This document shows positions 36,649 to 46,296 of a DNA stretch of 64,000 nucleotides, in pieces. The DNA is from Longimicrobiales bacterium (GTDB taxonomy: Bacteria; Gemmatimonadota; Gemmatimonadetes; Longimicrobiales; Gaopeijiaceae), in NCBI GenBank assembly GCA_963664435.2, contig CAXXKM010000003.1, positions 768,001 through 832,000 of the forward strand, written 5' to 3'. A model generated the notes under the pieces. It had not been told where the DNA came from. It did not search any database and saw only the letters and a program-made list of their open reading frames with translations. Positions within the stretch are counted from its first letter, which is position 1, and every line of letters starts with the position of its first letter. Both the position numbers and the translations under genes were made by a program.

Positions 36649-38388
36649 CTACCTGTCCACGCGAATCGTGACGACATCCGCGTTGTGATACTGCTGGTGT
36701 TTCACCGATGACGCGTAGTGGCGGAGGAGCCGCAGCGACAGGTCGCGCTTGCTCTCGAAATCGGGGAGGTCGCTGAGCAGGACGATCTGGTTCTCCAGAT
36801 TCTCCGCGTCGGTGGCCGCGCTGAACTCCAGCATGGCTCCCTGGGGGTCGTTGCGGGCGACAACCCGCAGGCGCCGGTCCGCGGCCTGGCTTGCGTCCTC
36901 CTCCTGCCGGGCCAGGCTGAGGAGCGCTTCCTCCGATGCCGCTCTGAGACGTTCTCTTCCCTCGCCGTCCCACCCGTACTTTCCCGCAAACCCGACCACG
37001 AAGTCGTCGAGGGCGCGAAGGCTGTCCTGACTGAGCCGCATCTCCACCCTGCGCCGCCGGGGCCCGGTCAGCTCCAGGAACAGGTTCAGCAGGAGGATGG
37101 TCACGCCACCGGCCGTAAGTCCGTTCGCCAGCATCTGCGCGGCGGGCGTGCCGAGGTACTGCGGGAATATCGCCTGGAACTGGATGCCGACGCCGATCCA
37201 GAAGGAGAAGCCGGCGATCAGCGAGCTGTGGCGCCCTCCGTCCGCCTGGAACACGACGCGCATGCCGCGGGCGAAGACGAGCCCCATGGCAACGACGATA
37301 TAGGCACCCAGCACGGGCCCCGGGATGGACAGCACGAGGGCCGTGATCCTGGGAACGAAAGCCAGGCCGATGAAGATGGCTCCGATGTAGACGCCCACCC
37401 TCCTGGCCGCCACGCCAATGCCCTCCGCCATGGCGATGCCGGCTGGATAGGGCCAGATCGGCAGGACGCCGGCGATCCCCGACAGCAGGGTCCCTGCGCC
37501 GCAGGCGGCCACGGCCCCCTCCACCCTGCGGAAGTCGACCGCCTTCTGTTCGCGCCGCGAAAGGCGCTGCATGACGATGGCATCGCCGACCTGCCTGACC
37601 GTGATGACCAGCGTGACGAACAGAAAAGCCGGCAGGAGCAGCCAGAAGCTCGAGTCGAACCGGACGTCGAGACCGGGCAACGCCGCGGCGGGAACCCCGA
37701 ACCAGCCGGCTTCGCGAACCGGGGTGAGATCGAAGATCCCGAAGAAACCGGCAGTGGCGCATCCCAGGCCAAGGGCAAGCACCGGCGTCCACGCTCTGAG
37801 GAGTCGGGGAGCGCGCAGCATCAGGCCAAGCACGGCGACCGCGGTGACGAGCGTGATGATGGGCGCCGCGGCCGCGGGCGCCTGCGCGGGCACATCCGTG
37901 AGCAGCGCGAACCCCATGGGCATCACCGTGACGGAGATGAGCGCCATGAGCGTGCCCGAAACGACCGGCGTGATGATTCGGCGGAGCAGGACCAGGCGCG
38001 CCGCGAGGCCCAGCTGGAAGAGCCCCGAGGCGACCACCAGCACGGCGAGCAACGCGGGGCCACCTGCGGCCAGCGCCAGCACCGCGACACCGATGGAGGC
38101 TCCGGAAGCCCCCATGATCATCAGGTTGGCGCCCCCCATTCCCGCGACTCGCCGAGCCTGCACGATCGTCGTCAGCCCGCCGATGACCATGCTGGCGAAG
38201 ATGGCCCAGGCCAGGTAGGCTGCGGTCAGATTCGCCGCGCGCGTGACTATGGTGGTGACCACGACCACGGGCGTGCACACCAGAACGGCGACGTGCAGTC
38301 CAATCAGGAACGAGGCGGGATGCGGCGGCGATTCGTTGGCCGCGTAACGGAGCCCGGGTGGCTGCCCTGGACCGGGTTTCACAGGCAC
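36649..38388 (-). CDS. NCS2/xanthine-uracil permease family protein with C-terminal soluble (RsbW-like) domain
   Basis: LRYAANESPP, TIVQA..GMG, LRRIITPVVSG, EAGWFGVP and IPGPVLG; many TM segments; about 135 aa hydrophilic tail. Confidence 0.8.
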   Translation of the reverse strand: MPVKPGPGQPPGLRYAANESPPHPASFLIGLHVAVLVCTPVVVVTTIVTRAANLTAAYLAWAIFASMVIGGLTTIVQARRVAGMGGANLMIMGASGASIGVAVLALAAGGPALLAVLVVASGLFQLGLAARLVLLRRIITPVVSGTLMALISVTVMPMGFALLTDVPAQAPAAAAPIITLVTAVAVLGLMLRAPRLLRAWTPVLALGLGCATAGFFGIFDLTPVREAGWFGVPAAALPGLDVRFDSSFWLLLPAFLFVTLVITVRQVGDAIVMQRLSRREQKAVDFRRVEGAVAACGAGTLLSGIAGVLPIWPYPAGIAMAEGIGVAARRVGVYIGAIFIGLAFVPRITALVLSIPGPVLGAYIVVAMGLVFARGMRVVFQADGGRHSSLIAGFSFWIGVGIQFQAIFPQYLGTPAAQMLANGLTAGGVTILLLNLFLELTGPRRRRVEMRLSQDSLRALDDFVVGFAGKYGWDGEGRERLRAASEEALLSLARQEEDASQAADRRLRVVARNDPQGAMLEFSAATDAENLENQIVLLSDLPDFESKRDLSLRLLRHYASSVKHQQYHNADVVTIRVDR

Positions 38389-38546
38389 TGCTCCTGGGGT
38401 CGGCGTTGGGCCGGAACGAGAGGGGGCATGGCGAGTATAGCTACCGGCGCGCGAATCCGGAAAACATCTCTGGGGCGACGCCGGGTCATGAACGCGGCTT
38501 CAGGCAGGAGGGACCAGGTGCACCGAGCACTATCGAGGAACCGGCG

Positions 38547-39311
38547 TTGAGCCCGGGCCGGGGACGCCGCCGGAGAGCGTCGGCGTGGGTTCGTGGGCTG
38601 GCCATCGTTGTGGCGGCGGTTTCTCCGCTGGCGCCCGGAACCTCTTCGCTTCGAGCTCAGGTTTCGCCGGAGATCCTCCAGGTGTTGCAGCAGGGCGGAG
38701 CCTGGGTCGCCCTCGCCATCGAGGACGGCGTCGGCTCGTTCGAGAGCGGGCCCGTGCCCACCCTCGGAATCCAGCTTCGGGGCCAACTGCGCATCTGGGA
38801 GGAGCACACGGGCAACTGGCATGTCGTCATGCGCGACCTGTCACGCGCCGAGGACCCGGTCATCCTCGAACGCCTGATGGTCCCGGGGGAGCCCGTGGAC
38901 TTCGACTACCAGACCGGCATGCTGGGGCAGATCCAGATCGACGTGCGGTGGAGCGAGGCCCGCGACACGACGCTCCGCGTCTGGGTGGGAACGGAGCTGA
39001 CGCCCGGGGAGCAAGCGGAACCGGATTCGCGCCGGACTGCTTCGGGAGAGCCGGGCAGTCAGCGTTACTCGTCTCTGCTGATGTTTACTGATGTCTACTG
39101 GAATTATGCCGGGAGCGGAGGCTGCGCGCTGCTATCGGCGAGAAGCGACGGACTCGGCGAGCAGGCACAGGATCTCGTACATCAGCGATGCGCCGACCAG
39201 CGCCGTGCCCCCGCTCGGATCGAGAGGCGGGGCGACCTCCACCACGTCGCCTCCCACGAGGTTGAGGCCCCGCAGGCCGTGCAGGAGCGAGATCGCCTCG
39301 CGAGTGGTTAG
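38547..39311 (+). CDS. Hypothetical exported protein
   Basis: TTG 38547 after gagga; signal-like segment ending LRAQ; beta-rich core with coding-like codon use to about 39000. The tail overlaps the convergent gene, so the 3' end is doubtful. Confidence 0.55.
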   Translation: MSPGRGRRRRASAWVRGLAIVVAAVSPLAPGTSSLRAQVSPEILQVLQQGGAWVALAIEDGVGSFESGPVPTLGIQLRGQLRIWEEHTGNWHVVMRDLSRAEDPVILERLMVPGEPVDFDYQTGMLGQIQIDVRWSEARDTTLRVWVGTELTPGEQAEPDSRRTASGEPGSQRYSSLLMFTDVYWNYAGSGGCALLSARSDGLGEQAQDLVHQRCADQRRAPARIERRGDLHHVASHEVEAPQAVQERDRLASG

Positions 39312-40109
39312 CCCGCCGATCTCCGGCGTTCCCGTCCCCGGGGTGTAGGCCGGGTCGATCCCGTCCACGTCGAGGGTTATGTAGGTCGGGCCGTCGCCCA
39401 CCACCCGGCGCGCCTCCTCCACCACCGCCTGCACCCCCAGCCGCTGGAATTCGTCGATCTGCACGACCCGCATGCCGTGCTCCATCGAGAACTCGAAGCC
39501 GTCGAGGAAGTTCTGGTAGCCGCGAATGCCGATCTGGATCGAGCGTTCGGGATCGAGCACGCCTGCCTCCACGGCGCGGCGGAAGGGAGCTCCGTGGTGG
39601 TACTTCGAACCGCCGATCGCGTCCCAGGTGTCGAGATGCGCGTCGATCTGCACCATCCCGAGCGGCCGTCCGGCTCCCAGCGCTTTCATGATCGGATAGG
39701 TGATCGAATGGTCTCCGCCCGCGCTCAGGGGCACCGGACCCGCCGCGTGCAGACGGGTGAAGAGCGCTTCGATCTGGGCAATGACGTCGTCCAGGCGGTA
39801 GATGGTGTCGAGCCGCACGTCCCCAACGTCGGCGATCCGGCACAGCGAAAAGGGCTGAACCCTGGTAACCGCGTTGATCCGGCGGACCACGTTGGACCTG
39901 TTGCGGATCTCCCGCGGCCCGTGCCGCGCGCCCGGCTGAAAGGTCACGCCGTGGTCGGTCGGCACCCCGACGAGCGCGATGTCGAGGCCTTCGAGCGTCG
40001 TGGCGAGCGGCGCGCGCAGGAGGGTGGCTCCACCCATGAAGCGCAGGTCGTCGAGCGGCCTGTAGGTCTCGCCCGTTATCGGCGACACGGCATCGTAGAA
40101 GTCGTTCAC
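39132..40109 (-). CDS. Ureohydrolase (agmatinase / guanidinobutyrase / guanidinopropionase family)
   Basis: GARHGP, GGDHSIT, DAHLD, HGAPFRRA, DVDGIDP..PGTGTP and VEVAP. Confidence 0.92.
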   Translation of the reverse strand: MNDFYDAVSPITGETYRPLDDLRFMGGATLLRAPLATTLEGLDIALVGVPTDHGVTFQPGARHGPREIRNRSNVVRRINAVTRVQPFSLCRIADVGDVRLDTIYRLDDVIAQIEALFTRLHAAGPVPLSAGGDHSITYPIMKALGAGRPLGMVQIDAHLDTWDAIGGSKYHHGAPFRRAVEAGVLDPERSIQIGIRGYQNFLDGFEFSMEHGMRVVQIDEFQRLGVQAVVEEARRVVGDGPTYITLDVDGIDPAYTPGTGTPEIGGLTTREAISLLHGLRGLNLVGGDVVEVAPPLDPSGGTALVGASLMYEILCLLAESVASRR

Positions 40110-40221
40110 TCCAGCCTCTCTTGCGCGGGGAAGATGCCGACCCCGGCCGGGAACCCGGCTATTCCGCGTCCATCTCGCGCACCAACGCCCAGAACTCGCG
40201 AGGGCTCACAGGCGTCTCCAC

Positions 40222-40258
40222 GAAAACGGGGCCGGCCCCTGCCCGGGACCGGCCCCAT
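40222..40258 (-). terminator. Probable intrinsic terminator after the Tat aminotransferase
   Basis: Minus strand ggggccggtccc-loop-ggggccggcccc followed by gtttt. Confidence 0.6.
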
Positions 40259-40291
40259 CCAGCTTCGAGGCGTCCGCGGACGCCGCCGCGA

Positions 40292-41470
40292 TCAGCCGGA
40301 GGTCGTCGTGGTGGCGGTCCTGGGTGGCATGATCTCCTTCCACGCCGTCATGAAGCGCGCCATCTCCTCCTCGGTGCCGATCGACACCCGCAGGTAGTCG
40401 AGCATGGGCGGGAAGTCGCGGCCCACGAGCACGCCCCTCTCCCGGAACGCGGACCGGACCTCCGCGGCGGGACGTCCGGTGTGGACCATGATGAAGTTGG
40501 TCTCCGAGGGGATGACCTCGTAGCCCATGGCCTGGAGCTCTTCAGCGGTCTGCTTGCGCAGCCGCAGCGTGGTGTCGCGCACCCACTGCTCATACTCCAC
40601 GTCCTCGAGCGCCGCGACGCCGCCCCACTTCACCAGCGCGTTGACGCTGCCGGTACCTTGGACGCGCATCTCGCTGATCATGTCGGCGGGCGCAATGCCG
40701 TAGCCGAGGCGCAGGCCGGCCATGCCGTAGATCTTCGAGAAGGTGCGCGCGACGATGACCTTGCGGCCCTCGTTGACGTAGGGCACCGCCGTCTCGTAGG
40801 CCGGATCCTCGACGAAGTGGTGGTAGGCCTCGTCGATGAGGACCGGGATGTCCTCGGGGATCGCGTCCAGCACCTGCCGGATGTCGTCCGCCGACACCAC
40901 CATGCCCGTCGGGTTGTTGGGGTTGCAGAGGTAGAAGAGCCCCACATCCCGGTAGTTCTTGATGGTGGCGTCGATCATCGCCGGGATGTCCTGCGAGTGA
41001 TCTTCGAGCAGCGGCAGCATGATGGCGTCCGCGTCGATCCCGGAAGCCACGCTGAAAACACTCAGGTAGGTCGGCCGGACGCCGATGACCTTCTTGTTGT
41101 GCCCGAGGTAGGTGTGGCCCACCACCCGGAGCGTCTCCCCGGAACCCGCGCCGAGCAGGATGTTCTCCGGCTGCACGCCGTGGTGCTCGGCGATCTTCTC
41201 CTGGATGTCGCCGTCCGGATAGCCGTACCGGTTGGAGTACTTCCAGGCGCCGTTCATCGCCTCCATCATGGCCTCGGAGGGCCCGTAGGGGTTCTCGTTG
41301 GAGGAGAGCTTGGCGAACGAATCGTAGTCGTACTCCTGAGGCGCCAGCCGGAGCGAGCGCGGCGGCGCATCCCAGCCCAGCAGTCCGGCGGGCCTGAGCC
41401 CGGCGTACCCCAGCGCCGCGGCCGCGCCTCCCATGAAGCGGCGGCGAGTAACGGAATTCCTCGATGGCAT
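40292..41470 (-). CDS. HisC-like PLP aminotransferase with twin-arginine signal
   Basis: SVTRRRFMGGAAAALG; LSSNENPYGP, CNPNNPTG, DEAY, RTFSKIYGMAGLRLGY and RVSIG; ggagg RBS. Confidence 0.9.
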   Translation of the reverse strand: MPSRNSVTRRRFMGGAAAALGYAGLRPAGLLGWDAPPRSLRLAPQEYDYDSFAKLSSNENPYGPSEAMMEAMNGAWKYSNRYGYPDGDIQEKIAEHHGVQPENILLGAGSGETLRVVGHTYLGHNKKVIGVRPTYLSVFSVASGIDADAIMLPLLEDHSQDIPAMIDATIKNYRDVGLFYLCNPNNPTGMVVSADDIRQVLDAIPEDIPVLIDEAYHHFVEDPAYETAVPYVNEGRKVIVARTFSKIYGMAGLRLGYGIAPADMISEMRVQGTGSVNALVKWGGVAALEDVEYEQWVRDTTLRLRKQTAEELQAMGYEVIPSETNFIMVHTGRPAAEVRSAFRERGVLVGRDFPPMLDYLRVSIGTEEEMARFMTAWKEIMPPRTATTTTSG

Positions 41471-41550
41471 GGCTACCTCCTCAGGCATGTGAGCGCGATG
41501 AACGCGAGTGGTTCGACATCCGGCCTATAGATTGGCCGCACGGGGGTGCG

Positions 41551-41582
41551 AAAGCAAACCCCCGCGGGGCGATTGCGGGGGC
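41551..41582 (-). terminator. Probable intrinsic terminator after the RND operon
   Basis: Minus strand cccccgc..gcggggg followed by tttgcttt. Confidence 0.5.
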
Positions 41583-41611
41583 GCGGACCGAGCCGCGCGG
41601 ACGACGGATCA

Positions 41612-44600
41612 TCAGGTGTGGGCGCGTCGCGACGAGTAGTGCCGGCGGAAGAAGCGGCCGACATCGTCGACCACCTGGTACATCACCGGCACCACGATAA
41701 GGGTGAGGAAGGTCGCGAAGATGATCCCCGCGATCACCGCGATCGCCATCGGCCCCCACCACGCGGCCTGGTCCCCTCCCCAGTACAGGTCGGGCGCGAG
41801 GCTTCCGTACAGGCCGAAGAAGTCGAAGTTGAGCCCGATCGCGAGCGGCACCAGCCCGAGCGCCGTGGTCACCGCGGTCAGCACCACGGGCCGGAAGCGG
41901 GTCATGCCGCCCAGCACGAGCGCGTCCCGGCGGTTCACCCCGTCGCGGCCGCGCAGAATGTCGATGTAGTCGATGAGCACGATGGCGTTGTTCACCACGA
42001 TTCCGGCAAGCGAGATGATGCCCACCCCCGTCATGATGATGCCGAAAGGCATGCGGAACACCATCAGGCCCAGCAGCACGCCGACCGTGGACATGAGCAC
42101 CGAAGTCAGGATGATGAAGGGTTTCACCAGCGAATTGAACTGCGAGATGAGGATGAAGCCGATGAGGAAGAGCGCCATCAGGAACGCGGTGGTGAGGAAG
42201 GCCTGCGCCTCCGCCTGCTCCTCGTTCTCGCCCGTGTAGCGGATCTGGTATCCCGGCGGAAGCGACTCGGCCAACCCCGCGAGCGCCAGCTGCACTTCGC
42301 CCAGCACGGCGTTGGAGTTGTAGCCGGCGCGCACTTCCGACGACACCGTCACCGAGCGGTCCATGTCCAGGCGCTGGATGGAGCCGGCGCCCTCTCCCAC
42401 CTCCCAGGACGCGACCGAGAGCAGGGGGATGGGGTCGCCCTCCGACAGCACCGTGAGTTCCGACAGGGTGCTGAGCTCGTCCCGGTCCTCCTCCGCCAGG
42501 CGCACGATGATGTCGTATTCGTCGTTGCCGGTGCGGTACTTCGCGGCCTCGATGCCCTGGATGGCGCCACGGATGGCCTGACCCACCCGGCGGGTCGACA
42601 GCCCGTACAGCGCCGCCTTTTCGCGGTCGACGCGCACGCCCAGTTCGGGGCGGGCGTCGTCGAGGTTGCTGTTGAGGCGCACCAGTTTGGCGTAGACGGG
42701 ATCCGCCTGCAGCGTGGCGATCATCTCGTCGGCGAAATCGCTCAGCAGGTCCGGGTCGGAGCCGATCAGTTCCACGTTCACGGGCGGGCCGGTGGCGGGT
42801 CCCTCTTCAGCCTTGTCGACGGAGATGTCGGCTCCTGCGAGGTCGCTGCCGATGGTCTCCTGCAGCGCCGCCAGGGTCTGGAAGGCGTCGGTCCGCTGGT
42901 CCTGGAACTCCACCATGGAGATGGTCACGAGTCCGGCTTCCGGGCCGCCCGGGCCGCCGCCCATCGGACCGCCCCCTCCACCTCCGCCGACGGTGGCCAC
43001 GACCGACTCCCCATCGAGCGCGACCCCCTCGTAGACGGGCAGCTTGTCCTCGATGCGCCGCACCAGGCGGTCGGTGAAGTCGGCGCGGGTGCCCGTCGGG
43101 GCCTCCACGTCGATCATGATCTGTCTGGGCGGAATGTCCTCGGGGAAGTACTCCACCCCCGCGTTGAACCGCCCGAACAGGACCACGGTCACCACGAGCA
43201 TCGCCGCGCAACCGGCGAGCACGAGGACGGGGTGGTTGAGCGCGCGTGTCAGCTGGGTTTCGTAGAAGACGATCGCCCGCTCGAGCCACCAGTGCTGGAA
43301 GGCCGTGGCCGCGCGCTTGATCGCGAAGTGGTAGAGGGCCCACAGCAGGCCGGCGGTGACGAGGAGCAGCGCAGCCGTGAGCGGATTGGCGAGCGCGAAG
43401 CCGAGCGTCACCCCCGCGCTGACGCCGATGAGGGTGAGACGCGCGGCCCGCGTGAGCGGCGGCGGCTCCTCCCCCTCCCCGAGGATGAACATCGAGCAAA
43501 GCGTCGGAACGATTACCAGCGCCACGAACAGCGAACTGGAGAGCGTCACGATGAGGGTCGTGGGGAGGTAGCCCATGAACTCGCCCGAGATGCCCGGCCA
43601 GAACAGGAGCGGCGCGAACGCCGCCAGGGTCGTGAGCGTCGCCGCGATCACCGGACCGGCCACTTCGCCGGTCGCCTTCTTGGCGGCCAGCCTCCGGTCC
43701 CACCCGCGCTCCACGTAGCGGTAGATGTTCTCGACCACCACGATCGCGTTATCGACCAGCATCCCCAGCGCCAGGATGAGCGAGAAGAGCACGACCATGT
43801 TCATGGACACGCCCAGCAGCCTGAGCACCCCGAAGGACAGGAACATCGACGAGGGGATCGAGATGGCGACGAAGAGCGACGTGCGCAGCCCCAGGAAGAA
43901 GAGCAGCACGCTCACGATCAGGATGAGCCCGGAGATGATGTTGTTCTCGAGCGAGCTCACCATGGAGAAGATGTCCCGGGACATGTCCCCGGTGATCTTC
44001 ACCGTCATGGTTGCCGGGAAGAGCGGCCTCATCTCGTCGATGACCGCCCTCACCTGGTCGGCGGTCTCGATGATGTTCTCTCCCGACCGCTTGACGATGT
44101 CCAGCGTCACCACCGGCGACCCGTCCAGGCGGGCGTAGCTCTCGCGCTCGGCAAAGCCGAACTCCACGTCCGCCAGGTCGCGCACATAGATGGGGCCCGC
44201 ATCGTCGGCGGTGATGACGAGATCCTGGATCAACTCGGGATCGTCGAACTCCCCGTCCACCCGGACGAGGAACCTCTGGTTGCCCACGTCGATGGAGCCG
44301 CCCGGGATATTGACGTTCTCGGCCGCGATCGCGTCGATGACGTCCTGAAGCGCCAGGTTGTAGAACTGGAGTCTCGACAGGTGGACGTCCACCTTCACCT
44401 CGCGCTCGAGCCCGCCCCGCACATCCACGCGCAGAATCTCGGGCACGCTCTCCAGTTCGTCCTGCAGATCCTCGGCGATCTCCTTCAGGTAGACCAGGTC
44501 GAAGTCGCCCGCGAGGTTCACCTGCATGATGGGGAGCTCGGAGAAGCTGATCTCCAGGATGCTCGGTTCCTCCGCGTCCGCGGGAAGCTCGGGCTTGGCC

Positions 44601-45052
44601 AGGTCGACCTTCTCGCGTATCTGCTGGAGCGCCTCCTCGAGGTTGACCGTGGTCTCGAACTCGGCGGTGACGCTGGAATACCCTTCGATGGAGACGGACG
44701 ACAGCTCCTGGATGTCGGAGATGGTGCTGAGTTCCTCCTCGATCGGCCGGGTGACGAGCGTTTCGATGTCCGCCGGCGAGACGCCCGGATAGATGGTGTT
44801 CACGACGATCAACGGGATCTCGATCTCCGGGAACGACTCCTTCGGGATTACCTGGTAGGAAGTCAGGCCGGTGATCGTGATGAGGATCAGCAGCACTACG
44901 GAACTGGTGCGGTGGTCGATGGCGAAGCTGGTCAGCACGAATTCCTTGAAGCGCGCCAGGTAGCTGGCGTCGCCGCGGGGCCGGCCCGCGCCCACATCCT
45001 CGGCCTTCGCGTTCGCCTCCCCGCCTGCCCGTTCGTCCCTGAGCTCTGGCAT
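41612..45052 (-). CDS. RND efflux permease (AcrB/MdtC family)
   Basis: YPGVSP..E..VTRPIEE, GMLVDNAIVVVENI, GIVVNNAIVLID and RFRPVVLT. Start ATG 45052 or TTG 45073. Confidence 0.95.
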   Translation of the reverse strand: MPELRDERAGGEANAKAEDVGAGRPRGDASYLARFKEFVLTSFAIDHRTSSVVLLILITITGLTSYQVIPKESFPEIEIPLIVVNTIYPGVSPADIETLVTRPIEEELSTISDIQELSSVSIEGYSSVTAEFETTVNLEEALQQIREKVDLAKPELPADAEEPSILEISFSELPIMQVNLAGDFDLVYLKEIAEDLQDELESVPEILRVDVRGGLEREVKVDVHLSRLQFYNLALQDVIDAIAAENVNIPGGSIDVGNQRFLVRVDGEFDDPELIQDLVITADDAGPIYVRDLADVEFGFAERESYARLDGSPVVTLDIVKRSGENIIETADQVRAVIDEMRPLFPATMTVKITGDMSRDIFSMVSSLENNIISGLILIVSVLLFFLGLRTSLFVAISIPSSMFLSFGVLRLLGVSMNMVVLFSLILALGMLVDNAIVVVENIYRYVERGWDRRLAAKKATGEVAGPVIAATLTTLAAFAPLLFWPGISGEFMGYLPTTLIVTLSSSLFVALVIVPTLCSMFILGEGEEPPPLTRAARLTLIGVSAGVTLGFALANPLTAALLLVTAGLLWALYHFAIKRAATAFQHWWLERAIVFYETQLTRALNHPVLVLAGCAAMLVVTVVLFGRFNAGVEYFPEDIPPRQIMIDVEAPTGTRADFTDRLVRRIEDKLPVYEGVALDGESVVATVGGGGGGGPMGGGPGGPEAGLVTISMVEFQDQRTDAFQTLAALQETIGSDLAGADISVDKAEEGPATGPPVNVELIGSDPDLLSDFADEMIATLQADPVYAKLVRLNSNLDDARPELGVRVDREKAALYGLSTRRVGQAIRGAIQGIEAAKYRTGNDEYDIIVRLAEEDRDELSTLSELTVLSEGDPIPLLSVASWEVGEGAGSIQRLDMDRSVTVSSEVRAGYNSNAVLGEVQLALAGLAESLPPGYQIRYTGENEEQAEAQAFLTTAFLMALFLIGFILISQFNSLVKPFIILTSVLMSTVGVLLGLMVFRMPFGIIMTGVGIISLAGIVVNNAIVLIDYIDILRGRDGVNRRDALVLGGMTRFRPVVLTAVTTALGLVPLAIGLNFDFFGLYGSLAPDLYWGGDQAAWWGPMAIAVIAGIIFATFLTLIVVPVMYQVVDDVGRFFRRHYSSRRAHT

Positions 45053-45144
45053 ATCCGTCTCTCTGAGGTTCAATCAGTTGGGTTGTGCAGTCCCGGCTTC
45101 GGCGCGCACCCTTCTCGTGGCGCGCCGCGGCTCCACTGCGCTTC

Positions 45145-46221
45145 TCAGTTGACCACGCGCACCCGGTCGCCGTCGGCGATCAGCTGCTGGCCGATGACCA
45201 CAAGCCGTTCGCCGGCCCGAAGGCCCTCTTCGACGACCACGAGGTTGCGCTGGGCGGGACCGAGCCGCACCGAGCGCGAACGTGCCACCCCCTCGTCGCC
45301 GGAGCCTTCCACCACGTACGCGACGTATCCATCCTCGACCCTCAGCAGCACCTCACGCGGCACCACCACCACGTCCGAGCGGGTTTCGCGCACGATCTCG
45401 ATGTTGGCCACCATCTCCGGCTTGATCAGTCCGCCCGGGTTGCCGAGGGTCAGCTCGACCGGGAACGTGCGGTCCTCCGGATCCACCGCGGACCCCACGT
45501 AGGTGATCGCGCCCTCGAAGGCCTCGCCCTCGATCACCTGGAAGGTCACCGTGGCCTCGGAGCCCGGCCGTACGTCGAGCGCGTACCGCTCGGGCACGCC
45601 GCCGCGGATGCGCACCGGATCCAGGTCCACCACGCGCGCCACCGGGGTCCCGGGCATGATCATGCTGCCGAGCTCGATGTCCCGGGAGTCGAGCACGCCC
45701 TCGAACGGCGCCCGGATCGTGGTCGCGTCCAGCCGCGCGGTGAGCGCGGTCAGGCTGGCCGCGGACTGTTCGGCGGTGTAACGGGCCTCGAGGTACTGCA
45801 GTTCGGACCCGACCTGATCCTCCTCGAAGAGCCGCCTGTACCGCTCCCAGGTCTCCTGCGCCAGGTCCGCGCGGGCGCGCGCCTCGTCCACCTGCGCCCG
45901 CAACTGGGTATCGTCCAGGCGGGCCACCGCCTGCCCCGCCCTGACGGGATTGCCCTGGTCCACCAGGATCGCCGACACGAGCCCCGCTTCCGTGGCCGAG
46001 ACGACCACGTCGCGGTTCGCGCGCACGTTGCCCGTCAGCCGGATCAGCTCGGTGAAGCCGGTGGGCACGATCGGCTCGACCTCCACGTTGATCACGCGCG
46101 TGGCGCCCTCGATGACGGGCGGAACCGTGTCGCCCGCCTCCGCGCTGCTGCTGCAGGCGGCCACGACACCCGCAAGCCCCAGCGTCATTCCCCTTGTCAT
46201 CCGCCGTACTGCTCGATTCAT
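45145..46221 (-). CDS. RND periplasmic adaptor (membrane fusion protein), lipoprotein
   Basis: VVAAC lipobox, G.V..I.V..G..V.AGQ, IRAPFEG, RTFPVE and EGLRAGE. Confidence 0.93.
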   Translation of the reverse strand: MNRAVRRMTRGMTLGLAGVVAACSSSAEAGDTVPPVIEGATRVINVEVEPIVPTGFTELIRLTGNVRANRDVVVSATEAGLVSAILVDQGNPVRAGQAVARLDDTQLRAQVDEARARADLAQETWERYRRLFEEDQVGSELQYLEARYTAEQSAASLTALTARLDATTIRAPFEGVLDSRDIELGSMIMPGTPVARVVDLDPVRIRGGVPERYALDVRPGSEATVTFQVIEGEAFEGAITYVGSAVDPEDRTFPVELTLGNPGGLIKPEMVANIEIVRETRSDVVVVPREVLLRVEDGYVAYVVEGSGDEGVARSRSVRLGPAQRNLVVVEEGLRAGERLVVIGQQLIADGDRVRVVN

Positions 46222-46296
46222 CGTTGTTTCCTCGAAAACTGCGTTCTGTATTTTCCGATCGTTCGCGTCCCGCGTCATCCGCGCGTCCCGCCTTCC

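Noticed and set aside
40292..41470. Assigning the symbol hisC
   Set aside because: The Tat signal and lack of a his operon argue against a housekeeping HisC.
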